Below are positions 25,035 through 35,343 of a DNA stretch of 64,000 nucleotides, piece by piece. Numbering within the stretch: position 1 is the first letter of the stretch; the number at the start of each line of letters is the position of its first letter. The position numbers and the translations under genes are program-made. The stretch comes from Anaerolineae bacterium (lineage in GTDB: Bacteria > Chloroflexota > Anaerolineae > SpSt-600): assembly GCA_042408195.1 (NCBI GenBank), contig JBHOQL010000107.1:31976-95975 (forward strand), written 5' to 3'. A model generated the notes under the pieces. That model was given only the letters and a program-made list of their open reading frames with translations, had not been told where the DNA came from and did not search any database.

Positions 25035-27023
25035 TTATGCCTCCGCTAAGCTTTTGGCGCTGTAGAGGCTCACTTCCCTGCCCTCTTCCAGGGCCTTCAG
25101 GAACTGCAGCATCACACGGTCGCCGCTCTTCCCAAACTTGGCGGGATTGTATTCCTCCAGGCCAAGGGCAGCCCGCTTCTTGTCAATATGCTCAAGGGCT
25201 CGACGAACGATCTCTTCGGGGTCCTCTACGAACTCAAGTTTGCCCCCTACCGTCTTTTCCCAGCCCTCGCTCATTATGCGCTGGACTTCCGCACTGGCTT
25301 TAATGGGTGAGCCGACGCCAAACATGACGTATACACCCGAAGCAGCGAAGTAGGTCCCAATAGCGAGAGCCTTTTCGCTCATCCACTCAGGAGCAATGCC
25401 CACTGCCGGGAGATCGGCTATGTCCTCACCCAGGCCACCCTCAGTGGCCATTTGACTAGCTACAGTGAGGATGCGAGAGTTATCCACACAGGCACCCATG
25501 TGCAGCACAGGCGGAATACCTACAGCTTCACAGATCTCTCGCAAGCCAGGACCAACTTCTTCCATCGTTTCCGGGAGCAACAGCCCATATTTAGCGGAGG
25601 CAATGGCTCCGCACCCAGTTTGAACCACAAGCACATCGTTTTTGATAAGCTCTTTAACAATGTATTCGTGGGCGGCGTCCTGAGTGCAGTGTGGGTTATT
25701 GCAACCCACTACTCCAGCCACGCCCCGGATGCGTCCGTGGATAATGGCATCGTTGAGGGGGCGGAAGGAACCACGGTAGTAACCACCGAGGGCGTAAGTT
25801 ATGTATTCGTGCGAGAAACCAGCCACCACCTCGGAAACTTGCTTAGGTATGCGAACTTTGCCCCGGTTGGGGAAGTTATCAATGGCCATCCTAACAATTT
25901 GCTTGGCGATTTCCAGGGCGCGGCTCTCATCGAATTCTACATGAAGGGCGCCCTTGACTTTTACCTTGGGGGAAGTGGTGATAAGCTTGGTATGGAACCG
26001 TTCGGCCAGTGGGGCGAGGGCCTCCATTATGCATTGAATATCCACAGCCATCAAATCAACGGCACCAGTTAGAATAGCCAACTCTTGGTGCAAGAAGTTA
26101 CCAACAGTCGGAATACCCTGGCGCATAAGGGTTTCATTGGCAGTGCAGCAGATTCCGGCCAGATTTATCCCTTTGGCCCCCTTGGACCTGGCATACTCAA
26201 TAAGTTCGGGGTCATTGACTGCTAGGACCATCATTTCGGAGAAGAGAGGTTCATGGCCATGGACTACGATGTTAACTTCGTCCTCCTTAAGAGCTCCCAG
26301 GTTAGCCCTGGTCTTGAGAGGAGCTGGGGAACCGAAGAGGATATCGGTGATATCAGTGGACAACATGGAACCACCCCACCCATCAGCCAGGGCGCAACGC
26401 ATGGCTCCCAAAAGCAAGTGCTCGGGGTCCTGGTCGTTTCCCATGACGGTTCGGTGCATTAGTTCCACCACTTCCCGGTCAATACCCCGGGGAGCTATCT
26501 CGTATTTTCGCCATATCTCCTGACGGCGCAGAGGAGCTCGTTTAAGATAGGTAAGCTCTCCCTTTTGCTGGCCAAATTCAGCCAGAACTTTTAGGGCTAA
26601 ATCTCTGGCTATTTCCCTTTCATTCCGATCCTTGTAGGGCACGCCAAAAATGTCGGCTATCTCCAACAGCTTCTGCAAGTCCCTTATGCGGTAATCAGGG
26701 GCCTCACCTTCAGCCGCAGCCAAAAGGGTAAGGGCCATATCGCGTCCATGGTCACTGTGAGCAGCCGAGCCAGCAGCGATGGCTCTTGCCAGGTTGCGGG
26801 CTACTACTGTATCAAGGGTCGCACCGCAAATCCCGCGGGTGATCTTGCCCACCAGACGGCAAGGACCCATAAAGCAATGCTTACAGCACGCCCCGTCCCG
26901 CCCTATTGGGCAGGGTTTAATTTCTTCTACTCTGGAGAATACTGTTTCATAGCCTTCCTCTTCCGCAATCTTCAGCATTTCCAGAGCAGCTGGGTCTATG
27001 CTCTTATATCCGTTCCCTCCCAT
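25035..27023 (-). CDS. acsA: Ni,Fe carbon-monoxide dehydrogenase catalytic subunit (CooS/AcsA)
   Basis: CooS/hybrid-cluster-family Cys motifs (CPIGRDGACCKHCFMGPC…CGATLDTVVARNLA) and overall 660-aa CODH layout. Confidence 0.9.
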   Translation of the reverse strand: MGGNGYKSIDPAALEMLKIAEEEGYETVFSRVEEIKPCPIGRDGACCKHCFMGPCRLVGKITRGICGATLDTVVARNLARAIAAGSAAHSDHGRDMALTLLAAAEGEAPDYRIRDLQKLLEIADIFGVPYKDRNEREIARDLALKVLAEFGQQKGELTYLKRAPLRRQEIWRKYEIAPRGIDREVVELMHRTVMGNDQDPEHLLLGAMRCALADGWGGSMLSTDITDILFGSPAPLKTRANLGALKEDEVNIVVHGHEPLFSEMMVLAVNDPELIEYARSKGAKGINLAGICCTANETLMRQGIPTVGNFLHQELAILTGAVDLMAVDIQCIMEALAPLAERFHTKLITTSPKVKVKGALHVEFDESRALEIAKQIVRMAIDNFPNRGKVRIPKQVSEVVAGFSHEYITYALGGYYRGSFRPLNDAIIHGRIRGVAGVVGCNNPHCTQDAAHEYIVKELIKNDVLVVQTGCGAIASAKYGLLLPETMEEVGPGLREICEAVGIPPVLHMGACVDNSRILTVASQMATEGGLGEDIADLPAVGIAPEWMSEKALAIGTYFAASGVYVMFGVGSPIKASAEVQRIMSEGWEKTVGGKLEFVEDPEEIVRRALEHIDKKRAALGLEEYNPAKFGKSGDRVMLQFLKALEEGREVSLYSAKSLAEA

Positions 27024-27120
27024 AGTCTTTTCCTCCTGAAGAAATTTTAATACCTACGGGAGGCCCTTACTTCCCTTCAGGGAAGCCGCTTTCTCCACTC
27101 CCGTGGTCCAGAATAGCTAA

Positions 27121-27453
27121 TTAATACTTCCTGAAGTCACCTGCCATCTCAATGTCGCGTCGGTCAGTCCAGGTAATGCGCTTTATCACTTTGAACCAGG
27201 GCGAATTGTCATCAATATGGCGCGGAGGGCGTGGGATTTCAGGCTCTTTTCCAGGTTCATATCCGGCTTCCTTGAGCTTCGATTCTAGAACTGTGGGGTC
27301 GAGCTTAGAACTGTCGTAGGAAACGACAACCTTTTTCAACATAGAGCTGGCATATACATCCTTAACCCCGTCCAGGCTGAGGAGCACTTCTCTAACCTTT
27401 TTTACATGATGGTCCGCATACATTGAGGGCAGGTCAATTGTTACCTTTTCCAT
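27121..27453 (-). CDS. HMA (heavy-metal-associated) fold-like small protein with the CxxC metal site replaced by ADHH
   Basis: VTIDLPSMYADHHVKKVREVLLSLDGVKDVYASSMLKKVVVSYDSSKLDPTVLESKLKEAGYEP aligns with the CopZ/HMA pattern (V.GM.C.HCV..VE..L..L.GV.........V.V.D......I...I...GY), but the loop reads M-Y-A-D-H-H. No Cys in the protein. Has its own RBS (gggaggtaaagg) and a -10-like TATAAT. Lies between fhs and cooS. Confidence 0.5.
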   Translation of the reverse strand: MEKVTIDLPSMYADHHVKKVREVLLSLDGVKDVYASSMLKKVVVSYDSSKLDPTVLESKLKEAGYEPGKEPEIPRPPRHIDDNSPWFKVIKRITWTDRRDIEMAGDFRKY

Positions 27454-27551
27454 AGCCTTTACCTCCCTGGAATAAATTATACCATTTTAATCCGTTTTAT
27501 GCAAGTTCAATCAGGGGGAGGCAGGGGTGCCCCCACCTCCCCCGTCCTTCT

Positions 27552-29333
27552 TTAGAACAGGCCTTTTATCTTCCCGGTCTCCAAGTCAATGTCCACATCC
27601 ATGAAGGCCGGGCGGCTGGGGAGACCGGGCATGGTGCGCATCTCGCCGCAGAGTGGATAGAGGAAACCAGCTCCCACCGAGGCCCTTATGTCACGGATGG
27701 GAAGCCGGAATCCCTTCGGTCGGCCTCTCAGGTTGGGGTCGTGGCTCAGGGAGTACTGGGTCTTGGCCATGCAGATGGGGAATTTATCGTAGCCAAGCTT
27801 GGTATAGAGGGCGATCTTGCGCTCGGCTTCCTGGCTGTAATCCACTCCATCGGCTCCGTAGACCTTAGTGGCGATGATTTCGATCTTGTCCTTGATGGGT
27901 ATATCCAGCGGGTAGAGGAAACGGAATTGGGAAGGTTTGTTGGCAGCAGCAATTACGGCTTCGGCGAGTTCGACTCCACCCTCGCCGCCCTTGGCCCAGA
28001 CTTCGGAGATGCAAGCGGCTTCAGCACCAAACTCTAGGGCCGCCTTCTTTATTAGCTCCAACTCAGCTTGGGTGTCAGTGGGGAAGCGGTTTATGGCCAC
28101 GACTGCGGGGACGCCGAAGAGTTTCACGATGTCAAGAGTGGCCTCCAGGTTGCTCAGCCCTTTCTCCACAAGCTCCAGGTTCTCCTCAGTGTAAGCGGGA
28201 TCGAGAGGTCTTCCAGGCACAACCCTGGGACCACCGCCGTGCATCTTCAGAGCCCTGACGCTGACCACCACCACTACGCAATTGGGGATAAGGCCAGAAA
28301 CGCGGCACTTGATGTTGAAGAACTTCTCCATGCCGCAGTCAGCGCCGAAGCCTGACTCGGTCACCACGTAGCCATCCTCGCCCACCAGTTTTAGGGCTAT
28401 GTAATCGGCCACGATGGAAGAGTTGCCATGGGCGATGTTGGCGAAGGGCCCGGTGTGGACAAAGGCCGCATTGCCTTGCAGGGTTTGCATTAGGTTGGGC
28501 ATCAGAGCATCCTTCAGGATTACCGTCATAGCTCCGGCGACCCCAAGATCTTCAGCCGTGACGGGGTTTCCCTTTTTATCCATGCCGATGACGATCCTGC
28601 CCAGGCGCTCTCTTAGGTCCTTGAGGCTCGTGGCGAGGGCAAGGATGGCCATGATCTCTGAAGCCACAGCGATGTCAAAGCTGGCCTCCCTGGGGCGACC
28701 ATCCTCCTCCGTGCCCAGGCCGATAATTATTTTGCGCAGAGCACGGTCGTTGACGTCAACTACTCGTGGCCAAGTGATGGTATAGGGGTCAATGTTCAGA
28801 CGCCTGAGGCCTATCTTGGCCAGCTGTTCATCGGAGAGGCGGTCTTCGTGCATTATACGGGCGTCTATGGCCGCCGCCAGGAGGTTATGGGCTATGGATA
28901 CAGCGTGGATATCACCAGTGAGGTGAAGGTTGAAATCCTCCATCGGAACAACCTGAGAATAGCCACCACCCGCCGCCCCTCCTTTAATGCTGAAGGTAGG
29001 CCCCATAGAAGGCTGGCGGATGCAAGTGAAAACTTTCTTGCCCAGATAATAGAGGGCTTGGCTAAGGCCTATAGTAGTTACGGTCTTGCCTTCGCCCAAG
29101 GGCGTGGGGTTTATGGCGGTAACGTCAATATACTTCCCGTTGGGCTTATCCTTAAAACGCTCAAGCACCTCTAAGTGGACCTTGGCCTTGTATTTACCGT
29201 ACAGTTCGATGTCATCCTCGGTGAGCCCGTACTCTTCGGCGACCTCTATAATTGGGCGCAGCTTAGCGGACTGGGAAATCACAATATCAGGGGGTACTGG
29301 CTCAACGCGTTTGACTAAGAGTTCCCGTGCCAT
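27552..29333 (-). CDS. fhs: formate--tetrahydrofolate ligase (formyl-THF synthetase)
   Basis: Full-length FTHFS family match: N-terminal [38 protein letters not shown]-loop region [15 protein letters not shown]; 593 aa. Confidence 0.9.
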   Translation of the reverse strand: MARELLVKRVEPVPPDIVISQSAKLRPIIEVAEEYGLTEDDIELYGKYKAKVHLEVLERFKDKPNGKYIDVTAINPTPLGEGKTVTTIGLSQALYYLGKKVFTCIRQPSMGPTFSIKGGAAGGGYSQVVPMEDFNLHLTGDIHAVSIAHNLLAAAIDARIMHEDRLSDEQLAKIGLRRLNIDPYTITWPRVVDVNDRALRKIIIGLGTEEDGRPREASFDIAVASEIMAILALATSLKDLRERLGRIVIGMDKKGNPVTAEDLGVAGAMTVILKDALMPNLMQTLQGNAAFVHTGPFANIAHGNSSIVADYIALKLVGEDGYVVTESGFGADCGMEKFFNIKCRVSGLIPNCVVVVVSVRALKMHGGGPRVVPGRPLDPAYTEENLELVEKGLSNLEATLDIVKLFGVPAVVAINRFPTDTQAELELIKKAALEFGAEAACISEVWAKGGEGGVELAEAVIAAANKPSQFRFLYPLDIPIKDKIEIIATKVYGADGVDYSQEAERKIALYTKLGYDKFPICMAKTQYSLSHDPNLRGRPKGFRLPIRDIRASVGAGFLYPLCGEMRTMPGLPSRPAFMDVDIDLETGKIKGLF

Positions 29334-29705
29334 GTTTACCTCCTCCTTGGGATTTTAAGTTTAACCGTAGCTTATAAAGCCCTAACGGGTATGGTCTTAC
29401 AAATGGATCTTGAACAGCTCCCACTCCGCCCTTTGTTACGCTTGCCAGCCTCCTTTTCTCCTTGCGCATAAGAGCCGATGTATCCGATGTACAGCGCTTT
29501 TCTCTTAATGTCCAGGAGCTAAAAGCCTGGTTGATTTCTTCAGCATTTGGCTATCTGAGCACGGATAAACTCAAGGATCGCTGGGTATAGTTTACAGTTG
29601 CTTGCTGAGCAGCAAAGCAAAGCCCATTTATGCCAACCAACTTCTCTGGCTTTTTCCGCAAGGCCGAGCTCTCGCTCTACCCGTCTGAACCAGTCAGAGG
29701 CCCAG

Positions 29706-30290
29706 TTAGGCATCGGACTTGCTCCGCCAGATCAATTTCCACGCCGAAGGTAAAGCAAGTGTTGCTATTACAAGTTTCACCAGATCACCCGGGATGAAGG
29801 GGTAAAGTCCCGCCACCAACACTCTTTCCATTCCTATAAACCGGGCCAGCCATGGAAGCCCGAAGACATAAATGATGATGTTCCCGATAAGCATTGCCAA
29901 AAAGTTGCTCCAGAACTTCCTGTCCCAATGGCGCTCGGCCAACCAGCCAGTTACGAAAGCAGCGGCCACAAAGCCGAACAGGTAACCTCCGGTAGGCCCG
30001 AAGAGGCGGTAAAGGTTGCTTGTCCCTCCAGCGAAAACTGGAAGGCCAGCAGCACCTTCGAGCAAATAGAGGAGCAAGGATAAGGCTCCCCGTTTGCTGC
30101 CTAGCAAGGCCCCTACCATAAGTACTGCCAAGGTCTGCCCCGTAATGGGAACCGGGGTGAAGGGAAGGGGTATAGCAATGCGAGCCGCCAGAGCTACAAA
30201 AGCACTACCTCCAAGGATAAGAGCTAAGTCGTAAAGAATCGCTATCTGCTTTCTGGCAATAGGAGGCCGCAGAGCTTCGGCTATGGTCAC
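29706..30290 (-). CDS. bioY: BioY-family biotin ECF transporter S component
   Basis: BioY signature (IPLPFTPVPITGQTLAVLMVGALLGSKRGAL…GLPVFAGG), 194 aa, about 6 TM. Confidence 0.8.
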   Translation of the reverse strand: MTIAEALRPPIARKQIAILYDLALILGGSAFVALAARIAIPLPFTPVPITGQTLAVLMVGALLGSKRGALSLLLYLLEGAAGLPVFAGGTSNLYRLFGPTGGYLFGFVAAAFVTGWLAERHWDRKFWSNFLAMLIGNIIIYVFGLPWLARFIGMERVLVAGLYPFIPGDLVKLVIATLALPSAWKLIWRSKSDA

Positions 30291-30301
30291 TGGAGTGCCT
30301 C

Positions 30302-31180
30302 CTACTTCATTTGTCTCTTTGCTGCTTCCAGCACGTTCTTGAGCAACATGGCATTAGTCATTGGGCCGGTTCCCCCAGGGACAGGGGTTATTGCTCCGGC
30401 CACTTCCTTCACTGACTCAAAGTCAACATCACCCACCATTTTACCATTAATAAAGTTAACGCCAAAATCCACCACTACAGCACCAGGCTTGACCATGTCG
30501 GCGGTAACGAGATTAGCTCGACCGACGGCTACGCATAGGATATCGGCTTCCCGGCAAATGGCTCCCAGATCCGGCGTGCGTGAATGGCATATAGTTACCG
30601 TGGCATCTTCTCTGAGGAGGAGCAAAGCCATCGGTTTGCCTACAATATTGGACCGGCCCACCACTACTGCCCTCTTGCCGCTTATCGTTATGCCATAGCG
30701 CTTGAGGAGTTCGAGACCACCAAGAGGGGTAGCGGGGACAAAGTAATCCATTACTCCAGGAGGACGCCCCACAGGAGCCACTTGGGCCAGCCTTCCAGCA
30801 TTAACTGGGTGCACCCCATCTACATCCTTGGCAGGGTCAAGGCTTTCTTTTATGAGAGCTTCGTCCCAGCCTTTGGGGAAAGGCTCCTGCAGGATTATGC
30901 CGTGGACAGTGGGATCGGCACTCAGTTCTTTTACCAGTTTTATCATCTCTTCCTGAGAAGCCGTCTCCGGGAGGACGTAGAGCTTAAAACCGAGGCCATT
31001 GCTCTCAAAGGTCTTTTTTATAGCATTGGCATAGCTGACAGAAGCAGGATCTTCTCCAGCCCTAACTACGGCTATGGTTGGGATTACGCCATAATTATCC
31101 TTGAAAGAAGCCACCTCTGCTGCTACTTCGGCCTGAATATCCTTAGCTATAGAGCGGCCGTCCAAGATCTGGGCAGGCAT
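30302..31180 (-). CDS. folD: bifunctional methylene-THF dehydrogenase / methenyl-THF cyclohydrolase
   Basis: FolD family: MPAQILDGRSIAKDIQAEV…; NAD(P)-binding VVVGRSNIVGKPMALLLL; 292 aa. Confidence 0.9.
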   Translation of the reverse strand: MPAQILDGRSIAKDIQAEVAAEVASFKDNYGVIPTIAVVRAGEDPASVSYANAIKKTFESNGLGFKLYVLPETASQEEMIKLVKELSADPTVHGIILQEPFPKGWDEALIKESLDPAKDVDGVHPVNAGRLAQVAPVGRPPGVMDYFVPATPLGGLELLKRYGITISGKRAVVVGRSNIVGKPMALLLLREDATVTICHSRTPDLGAICREADILCVAVGRANLVTADMVKPGAVVVDFGVNFINGKMVGDVDFESVKEVAGAITPVPGGTGPMTNAMLLKNVLEAAKRQMK

Positions 31181-31191
31181 TTAGCACCTCC

Positions 31192-31848
31192 TTAAAGTTT
31201 GCTCTTGACAAATTCATATACTTCTTCTTTCAATTGCGATTTGCCTTCCAACAGTTTATCGAGCCGGGTCTGGGCTTCTTTTTTGAAGTTCTCGTCTTTG
31301 AGCCAGCCCAAGTTTATGAGCACGTTGAGAGCAGCGCTACGCAGGCCTGCCTCTGCCATCACCACGGCTACGCCCGCATCGCTTACAGCATTTACATTGC
31401 CCTTTTCAGCCACCGGCCGGCAGAGGTCTATGACCTTGACACAAGCTTCCGCCACCCGCAGAGGGACTTCGGTGGCCTCTTTGAGAGCTTTATCCAATGC
31501 TTCTTCTCGGATCGCCCTCTGCTCCTCAGTGTCTCTCGGCATCTTCATTGCTTCCGATACTTTGGTGTAAGCAGCTATGTCCCCCTCCAGAAGATCTAAA
31601 AGCTCCCGACGCAGGGCTTCCGATTGCTCCAGGATTGCTTTTATCTCTCCTTCTACATCAGCATACTTCTTTTTGCCGATGGTGAGATTGCAGACCATGC
31701 TTACTAAGGCAGCCCCCATCGCCCCGGCAAGAGCAGCAACGCTTCCACCACCGGGAGCAGGGGCTGAGCTAGCAAGCTCATCCATAAATTGGGTTATGGA
31801 TTTTTCGGCCAGCATGGTAACCTCCGTTTTCCTTAAATAGACGGGCAC
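31192..31848 (-). CDS. fchA: formiminotransferase-cyclodeaminase C-domain family protein (methenyl-THF cyclohydrolase FchA-like)
   Basis: FTCD_C signature (APAPGGGSVAALAGAMGAALVSMV…). The true start may be the internal MLAEKS at about 31815. Confidence 0.75.
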   Translation of the reverse strand: MPVYLRKTEVTMLAEKSITQFMDELASSAPAPGGGSVAALAGAMGAALVSMVCNLTIGKKKYADVEGEIKAILEQSEALRRELLDLLEGDIAAYTKVSEAMKMPRDTEEQRAIREEALDKALKEATEVPLRVAEACVKVIDLCRPVAEKGNVNAVSDAGVAVVMAEAGLRSAALNVLINLGWLKDENFKKEAQTRLDKLLEGKSQLKEEVYEFVKSKL

Positions 31849-32039
31849 CCCTTAGAGGCCTGCAGCTTCGAAACCAGGCCCCAGAGCGTTGAATTCTTCC
31901 CCTCATGTAGACATGCGGCTCCAGTCCTGGAACACTGACAATTTTTCAGCAAGGAAAAAGGGCCCTTTCCCTTTTCGCTCCTTCATAAATCCACACGCTG
32001 GTGACTGGCTTAACCTCTTCATTTCCTTGCTACGCTATA

Positions 32040-33422
32040 TCAGGCTGCCACTACCTTGAGGACTGGACTCACATCTACAAAGTGTTTCTGGAAACCAAGC
32101 TCAACTGGCTTTACTCCGAAGGCCAAGCCCAAAAGCTGAGTTATGTAAATCACTGGCATGCGGTAATCAAGCCCCAGCAGGTCCTGACGGGTGTCCAGAT
32201 TTATCTGACACAGCGGGCAAGCTACCACGATAGCGTTAGCCCCTACATTGTGGGCATCTTCAAGGATGCGACGGATCATGTCCAACACCGCTTCAGTCTT
32301 GCTCAGAGCAATGGAACCACCACAGCAATAGGTCTTGTAAGACCAATCCAAGCTCCGAGCTCCTGTGATTTCCACTAGCCTGTCCATTATCATTGGGTAT
32401 TCATAATGAGGCGCTTGCACAATTTTAGGCGGCCGCGTGATAAGGCAGCCGTAGTAGTTTACAACTTTGAGGCCGCTTAGGGGATGGGTAACTTTCTGGG
32501 CTATTTTGTCCATCCCAACATTTTCAAGGGCTTCAAGTAGATGCAGTATCTGTATGCCTCCCTTGTATTTGTACCCCGTTTGCTCTTCAACCGCTTTGGC
32601 CAGCTCTTTGTTCCGCTGAACATCGTAAACGGCGGCCTTGAAGCGGGAATAGCAGGCAGAGCAAGGCATCATAACCTTGTTGAGGCCTGCTTTTTCAAAT
32701 ATGGACATGTTCTGCATGGGCAAAGCAGCCGCAAGGACGTGATCGGTAGAGTGAGCGGGGGAAGTACCACAACAGACCCAGCCCTCGGGCTCGTAAAGGG
32801 ACACACCCAAATGCTGGAACACAGCCCTTACGGACATGTCATATTCGGACGAGGTGGAATGGAGAGAACAACCAGGGTAATATCCCAATACACCTTCTGG
32901 TGCTTTGCCCTCAGGCTTGCCGGAACGAGCGGGAAGAAGCCGGAGCTTGCCTTTGAGGAACATCTTTATACCCATCGGGACATCCCGCCGCAGGACGCCT
33001 CTGAAATCCAAACTCCTGCTAAGGAGCATGCGGAGATACATCTCCACCATCATCCCCAGCTCATACATCCTGCCGAAAATACGTATATTGTTCACCCCCG
33101 CCTTGGCAAAGGCGTAAACCTCCGGCAGCGGCGAAGGAATGCCCCGCTTCTGAGCCTCCACTTTGACTACATCCATTATGCGGGCGATGTCCAAGTCCTG
33201 AGGGCAGCGAGTGCTGCAGGTGTAACAAGTGGCGCAGAGCCATGCCGTGCGGGAACGCAGAACTACATCATCGCGCCCAAACTGAAGGTATCGCATGAGC
33301 TGGTGGGGGGTAAGGTCAAACTTATCGGCCAGAGGACAGCCATTTGTGCACTTCTTGCATTGGTAGCAAAGGTAAACGTTAGTGCCGAGTTCCTTGTTGA
33401 TCAGTCGTGCCAGTTCTCCCAT
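32040..33422 (-). CDS. heterodisulfide-reductase-like Fe-S oxidoreductase, fused HdrC-like (2x[4Fe-4S]) + HdrB-like (two CCG domains)
   Basis: Two ferredoxin motifs (CYQCKKCTNGCP, CATCYTCSTRCP) are followed by two CCG domains (…WVCCGTSPAHS…, …YCCGGSIALS…). Confidence 0.75.
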   Translation of the reverse strand: MGELARLINKELGTNVYLCYQCKKCTNGCPLADKFDLTPHQLMRYLQFGRDDVVLRSRTAWLCATCYTCSTRCPQDLDIARIMDVVKVEAQKRGIPSPLPEVYAFAKAGVNNIRIFGRMYELGMMVEMYLRMLLSRSLDFRGVLRRDVPMGIKMFLKGKLRLLPARSGKPEGKAPEGVLGYYPGCSLHSTSSEYDMSVRAVFQHLGVSLYEPEGWVCCGTSPAHSTDHVLAAALPMQNMSIFEKAGLNKVMMPCSACYSRFKAAVYDVQRNKELAKAVEEQTGYKYKGGIQILHLLEALENVGMDKIAQKVTHPLSGLKVVNYYGCLITRPPKIVQAPHYEYPMIMDRLVEITGARSLDWSYKTYCCGGSIALSKTEAVLDMIRRILEDAHNVGANAIVVACPLCQINLDTRQDLLGLDYRMPVIYITQLLGLAFGVKPVELGFQKHFVDVSPVLKVVAA

Positions 33423-33606
33423 TGTAGAGCCTCCTTATGGGATGTTGAACGGGGAATGGCGAAATGGTTATTTGTCCCCCGACTTTTTAACTTGGTAAAA
33501 CGGCAACGCCAACCCTCAGTGGTCACCTCTTTATCTCTGTAAGAGGCTATTTATCCCATTCCTCGTAACTTATATTCACCATCCGCCATGCCTCGTCCGC
33601 TATTCC

Positions 33607-34542
33607 TTAAATTTGCGGCCTGGGAAGGAGACCGGCCATCTCTGCAATCTGCGGCACGGCTTCTTCCCATTCTATAGCCATTATGTGGACCCCAGCCACA
33701 CCCGGGATTTCCTTTATCTGCTGGATTATTTCCACGCAGATTTTTATTCCCTCTTCTTTTTGTTGTTCCTTGGGAGTCTTGCGCATCCTTTCCACAATTT
33801 CTTCGGGGACATCCATTCCCGGCACTTTCGTAGCCATGTACTTAGCTGCGCCATAGCTCTTTATGGGCCCAACGCCAGCCAAAATGTAAACTTGCTTGTC
33901 AAGACCAAGGTCCCTCACTCGGCTCATAAAGTGGGCAAACTTTGGAACATTGTAAATGAGCTGGGTCTGAATGAAGCGAGCTCCAGCTTTGACCTTTTTG
34001 GCTAATCGGTAAGGACGGAAATCGAAAGGATCAGCGAAAGGATTCTCCGCTGCCCCCACGAAGAAGCGAACCGGCCCCCCTTCAATCTCCTCACCATTGG
34101 CAAATACACCTTCTTCCCCCATCCTGTGAACGATCTGAAGGAGCTGGATGGAATCTAGGTCAAAAACCCCTTTGGCCTCGGGGTGGTTACCGAAGCTCTG
34201 GTGATCGCCGGTGAGGGCGAGGAGGTTGCGGACGCCAAGAGCATAGGCTCCCAGAAGGTCGCTCTGAATGGCAATGCGGTTGCGATCCCGACAGGTCATT
34301 TGCATTACTGGCTCTATACCGAGCTCCAGCAATATCTTGGCCACGGCCATAGAGCACATTCGCACCACCGCCGTCTGGCAATCGGTGATATTGACGGCAT
34401 CTACGATACCCTTGAGGTGCTGGGCTTTGTGCTCAATAACGGAGCGTTCGGCTCCCTTGGGTGGACCCAGCTCACCTGTAACCGCAAAATAGCCTTTGGT
34501 CAATATCTTCTCAAGCCGACTAACAGGCTCACGCTCGCTCAT
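33607..34542 (-). CDS. metF: 5,10-methylene-THF reductase
   Basis: MTHFR family match across 311 aa (…YFAVTGELGPPKGAE…TDCQTAVVRMCS…). Confidence 0.85.
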   Translation of the reverse strand: MSEREPVSRLEKILTKGYFAVTGELGPPKGAERSVIEHKAQHLKGIVDAVNITDCQTAVVRMCSMAVAKILLELGIEPVMQMTCRDRNRIAIQSDLLGAYALGVRNLLALTGDHQSFGNHPEAKGVFDLDSIQLLQIVHRMGEEGVFANGEEIEGGPVRFFVGAAENPFADPFDFRPYRLAKKVKAGARFIQTQLIYNVPKFAHFMSRVRDLGLDKQVYILAGVGPIKSYGAAKYMATKVPGMDVPEEIVERMRKTPKEQQKEEGIKICVEIIQQIKEIPGVAGVHIMAIEWEEAVPQIAEMAGLLPRPQI

Positions 34543-34659
34543 CTTGTTTGCTCCTCCTTAAAAGCTTCGAGGATAACGTAGCCATATCCACAGGGGAAGC
34601 CCAAACATCTCCTCAGCTTTCTCCCAAGGCTTCCCGTAACCTTTTCGAGGCCCATCAAG

Positions 34660-35343
34660 CTATACCTCCATAAATTCCAGCCTTTCCTCTTCTCTGATGA
34701 TTTTTCTCGGACCGCCGCCACCAGCAGGACGCCAATCCTTGGGTCCTCTGATTTCCATCAGGGCATCAAGCCTACCCATGGCTCTGAGTTTCTCGTAAAT
34801 AAGTTGCCAGGCACAATCAATATCGGGATTGACTTCGCACTTGCCGTTCTGAGAACCACCGCACGGTCCATTGAGGAGGTTCTTGGAACAGCGTGCAATG
34901 GGGCAAATAGCGCCGGTAAAAGCAAGGACGCAATCCCCACACCCGGCACACCGCTCCACGAAAACTCCAGCCTCCGTAGGCATTCCCATCATGACCGTGT
35001 TGAGGGCCGGCAAGATAATTTTATCAGGGTAGCGCTCAGCCATTGCCTGAACACCAACCCCACAAGCCATGGAGAGCACAGCATCTACCCCGCGCACCAT
35101 CTCCCCAATGGGGTCTATGAATTCCCACTCACATTGCCTTTGCACGGTATACTCCACTGTTTCCAAAGGCTTACCTTCAAGCTGGCGGGCCATCCTCAAT
35201 TCCGCAGCCAGTATACCCACCTGTTTTTCTCCTCCCGAGAAATCCACCGTAACGCAGGTGCCGCACCCCAGGATCAGAATGCGGTTGAAGGGGGCTACCA
35301 TCGTTTTGATCTCCTCGAATGGTTTCCGGTTGGCGATTATCAT
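34660..35343 (-). CDS. metV: MetV-like methylene-THF reductase-associated zinc-ribbon/Fe-S protein (MTHFR C-terminal-domain family)
   Basis: Cys-rich protein (CGTC…, CAGCGDCVLAFTGAICPIARCSKNLLNGPCGG…) adjacent to metF, as in acetogen metVF pairs. Confidence 0.7.
   Translation of the reverse strand: MIIANRKPFEEIKTMVAPFNRILILGCGTCVTVDFSGGEKQVGILAAELRMARQLEGKPLETVEYTVQRQCEWEFIDPIGEMVRGVDAVLSMACGVGVQAMAERYPDKIILPALNTVMMGMPTEAGVFVERCAGCGDCVLAFTGAICPIARCSKNLLNGPCGGSQNGKCEVNPDIDCAWQLIYEKLRAMGRLDALMEIRGPKDWRPAGGGGPRKIIREEERLEFMEV

Noticed and set aside
29334-29705. THF riboswitch upstream of fhs
   Set aside because: Reverse-complement inspection of the 370-nt fhs 5' region shows none of the conserved THF-I elements (e.g. 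GCGUUAAGUG…, pseudoknot partners). It contains only generic hairpins.
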